A DNA stretch of 64,000 bases from a bacterium (GTDB lineage Bacteria > Zhuqueibacterota > Zhuqueibacteria > Residuimicrobiales > Krinioviventaceae): positions 256,001-320,000 of the forward strand of contig CAXXMD010000001.1 of the NCBI GenBank assembly GCA_963675755.2. Direction: 5' to 3'. This document shows, one piece after another, positions 18,393 to 26,764 of this stretch (position 1 is its first letter; the number at the start of each line of letters is the position of its first letter). The translations under genes were made by a program, and so were the position numbers. The notes beneath the pieces are model-generated. The model did not search any database. It was not told the origin of the DNA and saw only the letters and a program-made list of their open reading frames with translations.

Positions 18393-20720
18393 TTATTTGC
18401 GCCAAAAATAAGTTAGTTTTAACATTAATGCGCGGTTTGAAACCAGGCCATCTGATGCGCCGAATAATCTGGTATCGTTATAAACAATATAGAAATCACT
18501 ACCGGGACGATATGTCCATCTAAACAACAAATTTGCAAGAGATATACGATCTCCATCATTGTTTAATTTATCATCATTAAACTGGATATATGCTTTCAGG
18601 TACATTTTGGTTGAAAAATAGTAATACAATCTGCAGCTAAATGTTTGTGCTTGAAAATCACCTTCAGGTAAACTGACATAATTAATATCAAAATTAAATT
18701 CAGCGTTCATTCTGTTAATCGATGTTGATACAATTTCCGGTGCCATAGAGAACCGGGTGCCTGTAAAATAATCACCATACGTCATTCTTAACCGACCAAA
18801 TAAATCCTTACTTTCATCAGTTTGCATGAATAAAAATGAACTCAAATCATCATAGGTTTCCATGGGGATAATAAAACCCGGGCGGACTTCCCAATCTTCG
18901 TCAATAAATTCTTTTTTATGGGCAAGTCCGGCATATATAAAACCACCATTTTGAAATCGCACTCCGATCATGGAGCTTATTTCAGCTTCCAGCATTTTAT
19001 CCTTTTGATCTGTCAGATATGACAGTTCGGTTTGCCATCTGTACTGACGAATTGATTTAAATTTATGAGAGCGGGGAGAAAAATCAATTTCACTAGCTGT
19101 ATTTTTGATGCCAGTTCGGCGTATGTAACCCATTTCTGCGTTGAAATTTTCCTGAATATTTAAATGTGAAAATGCAACATCAAGCAGATCAGAATCAAAT
19201 GCAGCACCCAGATTGCCGGCAAGATTATCTTCATCCATTTTATAGAATTCATCATCTTCGGTATAATCCGGACCCAGTGTTTGAGCGATAGAACCGTTAA
19301 TTTTAAATCTGTCTGTAATTGGGAAATTGCCATCGAATCCTACAGAACGATTGTAAAATGTACTGTCTATTTGTTCTTTATTAAGAAACATCATACCAAT
19401 ACTGGATCGTTTCAGGATATCACGACGCAGCCGAAAAACTGTAAAGTTGCTGGATTTGAAATTCTTCCATTCTCCTGTGCTTTCAGAAGCATTTTCATCA
19501 TCATTGTCATCGTCGTCATCATCCTCGTCGTAAATATTGATTTCATCTGTTAACACATTTATCAAACCCATTTGATATTTTCCTGATTTACCAAATAACT
19601 TTACACCATTATTTATGGGTTGCTGAAATCCGTCTTCAATACCAATTCTTCTGCTGTAAAAGAGCCGAATACCATTGCTTGGCCCTCTACCGCTGATACT
19701 TTGCCCACCAAAATTAAAGATTTCCGCTCCGTCAAGAAAGAAATCTCTTTTCTCCGGAAAGTAGAGAGAGAATCGCGTAAGGTTAACGCGCTCCTGGTCT
19801 GCCTCAACTTGTGCGAAATCCGTGTTCCAGGTAAAGTTCATGGAAATATTGGAGGTGATATTAAATTTTGACTCGAATCCCCAATTGCCTTTTGTTTCAA
19901 GATCAAAATTTGTATTGGCATCTTTGGTGGCGCTTGAGAGTAAATAAGGTTCAATTTCCAGATTTCCCCCGGCTTGCATACCACTCAAGCCGGTGAGGGT
20001 ACCCGCTTGTGAGACACGAAAAAATCCCATTCTGCCAGCATCACGAGGTACAAGCTGCCAAAAATCAGTTTCATTTTTGCGACGAATTTCTCTGGAAAAG
20101 TTAATTCCCCATGTTAAAGAATCACCTTTGCCAAATCGCAGGGTTTTCCATGGAATGGCAATTTCTGCGAACCAACCCTGATCATTAATTTGTGTTTCGC
20201 ATTCCCAAATTCCATTCCATTCAGAATTGTAACTGGTACCTTCATCCCCAAAGGTAGCATCTCTTCTACATCCATTTGGATTGATATTGAAATAGAACCC
20301 GTTCCTGCGATCATTAAATGTATCGAAAACTATTCTGAAATTATCGTCATTGTCAAGATGCGCATCTCTACGCATTTCACGAGCAATGATTTTATCAGGT
20401 TCTTTGTCAAAACATTTAATGGCTATATAAAGTTTGCTTTGATTATAAAGTAGTGCAATTTTTGTATCTTCTGTTGCAGGATCACCTACATCAGGTTCAC
20501 GTTGTATAAAGTTGCCAATAAATTGAATTTTCTCCCATTCTTCTTCATCTATTTTTCCATCAATATTTAAAAAAGATTGAATTTGTGTAGCTGAAATGTT
20601 TCGAAAGGGAATGGTAAAGTCTCTGTGTTCGTTTGACAAGTCTTGTGCAGCGTGTAATTGAAATAAAAATCCCCATAAAACTATGATTAGACATACTAAT
20701 CCGAATACTACCCGTTTCAT
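18393..20720 (-). CDS. CBM9-like + DUF5916 outer-membrane-type protein with acidic loop
   Basis: IDGKIDEEEW, WFAEIAIPWKTLRF, NTDFAQVEAD, FPEKRDFFL, LFYSRRIG, RWTYRPGSDFYIVYN. Confidence 0.82.
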   Translation of the reverse strand: MKRVVFGLVCLIIVLWGFLFQLHAAQDLSNEHRDFTIPFRNISATQIQSFLNIDGKIDEEEWEKIQFIGNFIQREPDVGDPATEDTKIALLYNQSKLYIAIKCFDKEPDKIIAREMRRDAHLDNDDNFRIVFDTFNDRRNGFYFNINPNGCRRDATFGDEGTSYNSEWNGIWECETQINDQGWFAEIAIPWKTLRFGKGDSLTWGINFSREIRRKNETDFWQLVPRDAGRMGFFRVSQAGTLTGLSGMQAGGNLEIEPYLLSSATKDANTNFDLETKGNWGFESKFNITSNISMNFTWNTDFAQVEADQERVNLTRFSLYFPEKRDFFLDGAEIFNFGGQSISGRGPSNGIRLFYSRRIGIEDGFQQPINNGVKLFGKSGKYQMGLINVLTDEINIYDEDDDDDDNDDENASESTGEWKNFKSSNFTVFRLRRDILKRSSIGMMFLNKEQIDSTFYNRSVGFDGNFPITDRFKINGSIAQTLGPDYTEDDEFYKMDEDNLAGNLGAAFDSDLLDVAFSHLNIQENFNAEMGYIRRTGIKNTASEIDFSPRSHKFKSIRQYRWQTELSYLTDQKDKMLEAEISSMIGVRFQNGGFIYAGLAHKKEFIDEDWEVRPGFIIPMETYDDLSSFLFMQTDESKDLFGRLRMTYGDYFTGTRFSMAPEIVSTSINRMNAEFNFDINYVSLPEGDFQAQTFSCRLYYYFSTKMYLKAYIQFNDDKLNNDGDRISLANLLFRWTYRPGSDFYIVYNDTRLFGASDGLVSNRALMLKLTYFWRK

Positions 20721-20937
20721 TACTTCTCCTGGGAGATTAATTCTTTTCCTACTTCCATCTTAATATATAAAAAACATAAATTAAATAATGTAAAAAATTG
20801 TAAGTATTTTGTTTTGTTTCTTTGATGTGATAATAATTTTTTATATTTTAGTAGATTAAAATTTAAATATTAAGTTTAAATATTAGAATTTAGTATTTTT
20901 ATTTTTCTTTATTAAAAATATATAGGAGCTTGAGGAA

Positions 20938-22401
20938 ATGAGTGGAATAACACGAAGAGATTTTGTGAAAAATTCCGTTGGTGCTGGTATCGCATTATCC
21001 TTATCCAGTGCTTCAATGTCTAAAGTATTAGGTGCAAATGATACTATCAATATGGCTGTCATCGGTATACGAAGTAAAGGTGCACAACATATAAATGTTT
21101 TTCATGAATTACCAAATGTGAATGTTGTTGCATTGTGTGATGTTGATAAAGAAATTTTGGATCGAGAAGTTAAAAAATTTACAGATCGTGGTGAAAAAGT
21201 CAAGGCATATACCGATTTCCGCAAGGTATTAGATGACAAAGATGTAGATGCTGTATGTATTGCAACTCCCAATCACTGGCATTCATTAATATCTATTATG
21301 GCTTGCCAGGCAAAAAAAGACGTTTATGTTGAAAAACCCATTTCTCACAATGTGTGGGAGGGACGTCAACTGGTCAAAGCTGCTCAAAAATATAAACGAA
21401 TAGTACAGGCAGGAACCCAAAACAGATCTGATGTGGGTTTGCGTGAAGTTTGGCAATACCTGAATGATGGTGGTATTGGTAAAATTAAAGCTGCACGCGG
21501 ATTTTGTTATAAACGAAGAGCAAGTATTGGTAAAGTAGCCGGACCTCAACCTATTCCTTCTACAGTTGATTATGATATGTGGAGTGGTCCCTCAGCGTTG
21601 CAACCACTGATGCGTGAAAGTTTACATTATGATTGGCATTGGCAATGGCATCAGGGTAATGGTGATTTAGGCAATCAGGGAATTCACGAAATGGATTTGT
21701 GCCGCTGGTTCCTGGGTGCTGATGGATATCCCAAAAATGTTATGAGTATCGGTGGACGTCTTGGTTATGATGATGATGGTACCACTGCAAATACACAGCT
21801 TATCTTGATGGAATATGAGCAAGCTCCAATTCTGTTCGAAGTACGCGGACTACCTACTAAAAAAGGTGAATCGGGTATGGACAATTATAAAGGCATTCGT
21901 ATCGGTGTTGTTATTGAAGGAGAAGACGGTTATTTTGCCGGTGGTCGCGGTGGCGGCTGGATTTATGATAATGCCGGTAAAAAAGTTAAACAATTCAAAG
22001 GTGATGGTGGCGGTACCCACCAGGCTAATTTTATTGATGCTGTAAGAAGCCGCAAAACCAGTGATTTAATTGCGCCAGTAATTGAAGGTCATTTGTCTTC
22101 TGCTTTGTGTCATCTTGGAAATATTTCATACAGACTGGGCGAAGAAACCCCAACTGAAGATATTAAAGAAGCAATAAAGTCTGAAAAATTACTGCCAGAA
22201 GGATTCTATAGAATGCAGGATCATTTGTTCCAGAATTGGGTGGACTTGAAAGAAACACCGGCAAAACTTGGACCTAAATTGACCTTTGATTCCGCTTCAG
22301 AAAAATTCATTTCAAATGAAAAATATGATAGTGGATACTGGGCAAATACCATGTTGAAACGTAAATATCGTGAACCTTTTGTAGTTCCTGAAAAGGTTTG
22401 A
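20938..22401 (+). CDS. Tat-exported Gfo/Idh/MocA NAD-dependent oxidoreductase
   Basis: TRRDFVK, IATPNHWH, VYVEKP, GTQNRS, GNQGIHEMD. Confidence 0.92.
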   Translation: MSGITRRDFVKNSVGAGIALSLSSASMSKVLGANDTINMAVIGIRSKGAQHINVFHELPNVNVVALCDVDKEILDREVKKFTDRGEKVKAYTDFRKVLDDKDVDAVCIATPNHWHSLISIMACQAKKDVYVEKPISHNVWEGRQLVKAAQKYKRIVQAGTQNRSDVGLREVWQYLNDGGIGKIKAARGFCYKRRASIGKVAGPQPIPSTVDYDMWSGPSALQPLMRESLHYDWHWQWHQGNGDLGNQGIHEMDLCRWFLGADGYPKNVMSIGGRLGYDDDGTTANTQLILMEYEQAPILFEVRGLPTKKGESGMDNYKGIRIGVVIEGEDGYFAGGRGGGWIYDNAGKKVKQFKGDGGGTHQANFIDAVRSRKTSDLIAPVIEGHLSSALCHLGNISYRLGEETPTEDIKEAIKSEKLLPEGFYRMQDHLFQNWVDLKETPAKLGPKLTFDSASEKFISNEKYDSGYWANTMLKRKYREPFVVPEKV

Positions 22402-22418
22402 GCTATAGAGTAATTTAC

Positions 22419-22453
22419 AAGCCGGTTGCTTAAAAGTAACCGGCTTTTTTTTT
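22419..22453 (+). terminator. Intrinsic terminator
   Basis: AAGCCGGTTGCTT/AAGTAACCGGCTT stem plus long T-run. Confidence 0.85.
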
Positions 22454-22526
22454 ATTTTCTACAGCTACCAGGGGGAAATCAAACTGTTTTATTCTGATTT
22501 CCAAGTTTTAAATATATTTTAACAAC

Positions 22527-22544
22527 TGTGATGTGATGTGATGT
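22527..22544 (+). repeat. (TGTGA) pentamer tandem repeat, about 3.6 units
   Basis: TGTGATGTGATGTGATGT immediately upstream of a -35 box. Confidence 0.7.
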
Positions 22545-22550
22545 TTTTTA

Positions 22551-22584
22551 TTGCATTTTTCAATATTTTATTGTATGATACAAT
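22551..22584 (+). promoter_or_regulatory. Promoter with overlapping GntR-type operator palindrome
   Basis: TTGCAT-17 bp-TATGAT; ATTGTAT-G-ATACAAT (22570-22584) covers the -10. Confidence 0.7.
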
Positions 22585-22587
22585 GTT

Positions 22588-23601
22588 ATGAAAAGTATGC
22601 CCGTATATAAAAGACTGTTTGAGAATTATAAGCAGGCTATTCTTACCCAGCAATATGCTCCGGGTTCAAGGATTGATTCAATTAACAGCATGATGGATCG
22701 ACACCGCGTATCCAGAGAGACCGCCAAGTTGGTATTGAATCTTTTAGCACAGGAAAAGTTAATTGAAAAGATTGCTGGTAAAGGATCTTTTGTTGCTGAT
22801 CTGGGTCCCAGAAAACCGGTTTGGGGTGTGATTGTACCATTCTTGTCTGCTCAGATTGATGACCTGCTGCTACATTTAGGTAGATTTGCAAGTGATGCTG
22901 GTAACCGTCTTGAATGTTTTGTGGATTATAACAGTTGGCAGGAAGAAATTCGTTTAACCGGTACCCTGATCAATCAGGGATATGAAGCAGTCGTGGTTAT
23001 TCCAACTTTTGATGAGCGTAAAACTGCCTCATTTTATCAAAATCTCGTCTCTGGTGGAACTGTTGTAACTTTACTGGATCATACTATGGCGGGTTCTTAT
23101 TTTACCTATGCAATTCAGAGTTATGATCTGGGAGTAAAGCGTGCAGCGCAATATCTTGATAAAAGTGATGGAAAACTCGCATTTGTAAAAAATGCCATGT
23201 GGGCCGGACGTAATATGGTGCAGGAAGTAATGGAAGAAACGTTTAAAACTTTTAACGGCACTGAAAATACAAAGGTAGTGGATCGATTTGATATTATTAC
23301 CCCTGATTTTATAGAAAAAAATAATATAAAAGGATTGTTTTGCTGTGATGACATTGATGCAATCCGAATTGTTGGCAGATTAAAAGAAGCCGGATTAGTA
23401 TTTCCTGATGATATATCCATTGTCAGTTACGGGAATACAGATATGGCAAAATATTTTACCCCAAGCATTACTTCGGTTGATTGTCACAATGAACAATTGG
23501 CCCTGAAAACATCAGAAATCATAATAAACTATCGCAATGGAATTGATGTTTCAAAAAGTCAGTATGTCATACAACCAGAGCTTGTAGTACGTGAAACCTA
23601 A
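22588..23601 (+). CDS. GntR wHTH + LacI-type sugar-binding domain transcriptional regulator (AraR-like architecture)
   Basis: Y.PGSRI.S...VSRET...L...GKGSFV N-terminus; C-terminal FPDDISIVSYGN, PSITSVD, PELVVRET. Confidence 0.9.
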   Translation: MKSMPVYKRLFENYKQAILTQQYAPGSRIDSINSMMDRHRVSRETAKLVLNLLAQEKLIEKIAGKGSFVADLGPRKPVWGVIVPFLSAQIDDLLLHLGRFASDAGNRLECFVDYNSWQEEIRLTGTLINQGYEAVVVIPTFDERKTASFYQNLVSGGTVVTLLDHTMAGSYFTYAIQSYDLGVKRAAQYLDKSDGKLAFVKNAMWAGRNMVQEVMEETFKTFNGTENTKVVDRFDIITPDFIEKNNIKGLFCCDDIDAIRIVGRLKEAGLVFPDDISIVSYGNTDMAKYFTPSITSVDCHNEQLALKTSEIIINYRNGIDVSKSQYVIQPELVVRET

Positions 23602-23613
23602 GCAGGTAAAAAA

Positions 23614-24975
23614 ATGAATAGTAGAGATCTTGTAATAAATGCGATACAAAGAAAGCCTATTGAGCGAGTACCCTGGGTACCTTTTGTGGGTGTGCATGGC
23701 GCCGCATTGCTGGGTACAGATGCAAAAACATATTTATATTCTCCGGAAATGATATTTCAGGGAGCCAAGCTTGCTGTAGAAAAATATCATGCTGATGGCC
23801 TGCCGGTTACCTTTGACCTGCAAATTGAACCGGAATGTCTGGGTTGTGAATTAAAATGGAACGATAAAAATCCACCTGCCGTTGTAACTCATCCATTGAC
23901 TGCCGGTGTCAAGTTGGAAGATTTAAAAGTACCGGGCCCTGATGATGGACGAATTCCAATTGTAATGGAAGCTGCTCGCAAGATTCGTAAAGAATTCCCG
24001 GATATTGCACTTTATGGATTGGTTGCAGGTCCTTTTACCCTGGCACTTCATTTATTGGGCACAGAAGTATTTATGAAAATGTTTGATTCTCCGGAATATG
24101 TTTATTCAGTCCTGGAATTCTGTTCGCAAGTTACCATGGCAATGACCGATTATTATTGTGATGCCGGATGTGATATTATTGCGGTTGTTGATCCCATGAC
24201 CAGCCAGATTGGTGAGGACCAATTCAGGCAATTTGTTACAAAACCTGCCACCATCGTATTTGATCATATTCGTGCCAAAGGAAAGTATTCGTCCTTTTTT
24301 GTTTGCGGGCATGCGCAGCATAATATTAAAGCCATGTGTGAATGTGGGCCGGATAATATTTCAGTTGATGAAAACGTTCCTCTGGATTATGTAAGAGATA
24401 TTGCCAAAGCTCACAATATCAGTATGGGGGGAAATTTAAAACTGACTGTAGTACTGTTGTTTGGTGATCAGGTTGATTCACAGCAGAATGCAATGCGCTG
24501 TATACAACAGAGTGAGGGAGAAGGCTTTATTCTTTCACCAGGCTGCGATTTGCCCTTTGATACGCCTCCTGAAAATTTGGCTGTGGTAGGAAATCTTGTC
24601 CGTGATCCTTATCAACAACAGGTTGTGCTCAGTATGGCTGCCCACGCCGAGGATGATGACCTTCCGGATTTGAGTAATTATGGTACTGATGGGCCAGTAC
24701 AGATTGATATCATAACACTGGACTCTGAATCTTGTCCGCCTTGTCAATATATGGTTGAAGCTGTGCAGCGGATTATTCCCGAATTTCATGGCAAAGCTGA
24801 ATGGCGCGAGCACCCCATAAAAGAACCGGCAGCAGTCAAATTTATGAAAGCGCTGGGAGTAAAGAATATACCCACTATATGTATTGATAGTAAACCGGCG
24901 TTTGTTTCCATCATTCCCAAAAGAGATGAGCTCATGCAGGCAATTCAAGATCGTATTGATGAGAAAAAGGTCTAG
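23614..24975 (+). CDS. UroD/MtaA (methylcobamide methyltransferase-like) family protein fused to a C-terminal thioredoxin-like domain
   Basis: MNSRDLV..AI...ERVPWVP, GPFTLA, GGN, ILSPGCDLP.DTPPEN; C-terminal SCPPCQYM and GVKNIPTICID. Confidence 0.85.
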   Translation: MNSRDLVINAIQRKPIERVPWVPFVGVHGAALLGTDAKTYLYSPEMIFQGAKLAVEKYHADGLPVTFDLQIEPECLGCELKWNDKNPPAVVTHPLTAGVKLEDLKVPGPDDGRIPIVMEAARKIRKEFPDIALYGLVAGPFTLALHLLGTEVFMKMFDSPEYVYSVLEFCSQVTMAMTDYYCDAGCDIIAVVDPMTSQIGEDQFRQFVTKPATIVFDHIRAKGKYSSFFVCGHAQHNIKAMCECGPDNISVDENVPLDYVRDIAKAHNISMGGNLKLTVVLLFGDQVDSQQNAMRCIQQSEGEGFILSPGCDLPFDTPPENLAVVGNLVRDPYQQQVVLSMAAHAEDDDLPDLSNYGTDGPVQIDIITLDSESCPPCQYMVEAVQRIIPEFHGKAEWREHPIKEPAAVKFMKALGVKNIPTICIDSKPAFVSIIPKRDELMQAIQDRIDEKKV

Positions 24976-24982
24976 GTAGAGC

Positions 24983-25894
24983 TTGGCAGATTCAATTAAA
25001 ATACCATTCTTTCTGGTTACCGGATTCCTTGGCAGTGGAAAAACCAGCTTTTTAAAGCGCTTTCTTTCCATATATTCAAAACATTACCGGATTGCCATTG
25101 TGCAAAATGAATTTTCATCAGTTAATATTGATGGAAAAGAATTGCATCATATCGACAAATCGGTCAAGATTGTAGAGATGAATAACGGTTCTGTTTTTTG
25201 TGTTTGCATGATCTCGGATTTCAAACAAACGTTGCATGATCTTGTAGATCATAAAGTTTTTGATGCAATTATTGTTGAAGCAACGGGCTTGGCTGACCCT
25301 ATTGCGGTTACACAGGTTTTTCATGATCCTTTTCTTGCAGAAAATTTGTATCTTGCACATATCTGGACGATAGTGGATGCCGAAAATTATTCTAAAATTG
25401 AAAAGATAAAAAGTGCGGAACGACAAATTCGTTTTGCAGATACTATCATCTTGAACAAAATGGACCGATTTACAGGAGATGTAGAGGCTCTGACTCTAAA
25501 CGTGGCCCAAATGAACAAGACTGCAAATCTGGAATTAGCGGAATTTAGTAATGTATCCCTGCCAGATGATTTATCCTCTATACTTGCGGTTCCTGTTAAA
25601 GATAAGAAATTGAGTGGTATACCTGCTAAACGTCCGGCAGTTGATACCATTGTAATCAAAGATGAAAAAAGTATTACCCGGCAACAATTTGAAATGTTTA
25701 TCAACAAGATTAAAGGGAATATATATAGATTAAAAGGTTTTTTGAAAATGGATGGAAATACTTTTCTGATTCAAAAAACATTTGGACAAATTGAATATAA
25801 TCAATTACATTACAATAATAATACTGAACTGATTATTATAGGCACTGATCTGGATAATGAAAAGGTTCAGCAGTTATGGCAAGATCCACTCTGA
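24983..25894 (+). CDS. COG0523/CobW-family metallochaperone GTPase
   Basis: TTG start; VTGFLGSGKT, QNEF, NGSVFCVC, VEATGLADP, LNKMD, IYRLKGF. Confidence 0.9.
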   Translation: MADSIKIPFFLVTGFLGSGKTSFLKRFLSIYSKHYRIAIVQNEFSSVNIDGKELHHIDKSVKIVEMNNGSVFCVCMISDFKQTLHDLVDHKVFDAIIVEATGLADPIAVTQVFHDPFLAENLYLAHIWTIVDAENYSKIEKIKSAERQIRFADTIILNKMDRFTGDVEALTLNVAQMNKTANLELAEFSNVSLPDDLSSILAVPVKDKKLSGIPAKRPAVDTIVIKDEKSITRQQFEMFINKIKGNIYRLKGFLKMDGNTFLIQKTFGQIEYNQLHYNNNTELIIIGTDLDNEKVQQLWQDPL

Positions 25895-25934
25895 TAATAA
25901 AACAATAAATAAATAAATACAACTAGAGGTCGAC

Positions 25935-26600
25935 ATGAGTGAAATGATTGAAATTTTGGCAACTTGTATTGAACGTGGTAAAGTAGACAAAAACTCTCCA
26001 TTTCCTCCGGATTTAAAAGATCAGGATGGTGCGGATGAATATGCAAAAAAGGCAGTAGATGATGGATTGGCACCAGATGATATATTAAAGGCCTGTATGA
26101 TTGGTATGCAGCGAATTGGTGAAAAATTCAGCAAAAACCAGGCTTTTGTGCCTGAATTATTAATGTCAGCCAAAGCGATGAATGCTGTTATGGTACATTT
26201 GCGTCCATTTTTTCAAAGCGGCAGTGTTAAACACAAAGGTACTTTTATTGTGGGTACTGTTACAGGTGATCTGCACGATATTGGTAAGAATCTGGTAGCC
26301 ATGGTTATAGAAGGTAATGGCTGGCAGGTTGTTGATTTGGGTGTTGATGTTTCTGCTGATAAATTTGTAAATGCTGTTAAAGAATATCCCAATTGTGTTG
26401 TAGGACTTAGTGCGTTACTTACAACGACCATGGTAAATATGGAATCCATTATTCAGGCAATTAAAAATGAAAATCCTGATGTACCGGTTATTGTTGGCGG
26501 AGCACCATTGTCTCAGGATTTTGCCAATAAAATCAATGCAGATGGTTATGCTTCCGATCCACATAATGCTGTTCAGTTAATTTCTAAATATGCTGCCTAA
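25935..26600 (+). CDS. Corrinoid (B12-binding) protein of the MtaC/MttC type
   Basis: Cap domain GM.RIGEKF...FVPELLMSA; DLHDIGKN (DxHxxG), SALLTTT, VGGAP. Confidence 0.93.
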   Translation: MSEMIEILATCIERGKVDKNSPFPPDLKDQDGADEYAKKAVDDGLAPDDILKACMIGMQRIGEKFSKNQAFVPELLMSAKAMNAVMVHLRPFFQSGSVKHKGTFIVGTVTGDLHDIGKNLVAMVIEGNGWQVVDLGVDVSADKFVNAVKEYPNCVVGLSALLTTTMVNMESIIQAIKNENPDVPVIVGGAPLSQDFANKINADGYASDPHNAVQLISKYAA

Positions 26601-26613
26601 TCTCTTCCCTTTT

Positions 26614-26641
26614 GCCCCTGTAACAAACAGGGGCTTTTTTT
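26614..26641 (+). terminator. Intrinsic terminator closing the corrinoid operon
   Basis: GCCCCTGT-AACAA-ACAGGGGC plus T7. Confidence 0.85.
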
Positions 26642-26705
26642 CCGTTAATATTAACAATTAAATAAAAAATATTGGAATTCATTGCTGAATTGTTAAATTT
26701 CAATA

Positions 26706-26721
26706 TTGAATTCGTATTCAA
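26706..26721. promoter_or_regulatory. Candidate operator TTGAAT-N4-ATTCAA (copy 1)
   Basis: TTGAATTCGTATTCAA just downstream of TTGGAA-16-TAAATT; second copy at 31069. Confidence 0.5.
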
Positions 26722-26764
26722 AGCTATATTTGAATTGTACCCAGACACTGTCAGGAGGAACAGG

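Noticed and set aside
20862-20898. TTTAAATATTA direct repeats
   Set aside because: Only two exact copies in an extremely AT-rich spacer; expected by chance.
23614-24975. Call as hemE (true uroporphyrinogen decarboxylase)
   Set aside because: Lacks the RQAGRY motif, and the context is a corrinoid protein rather than haem genes.
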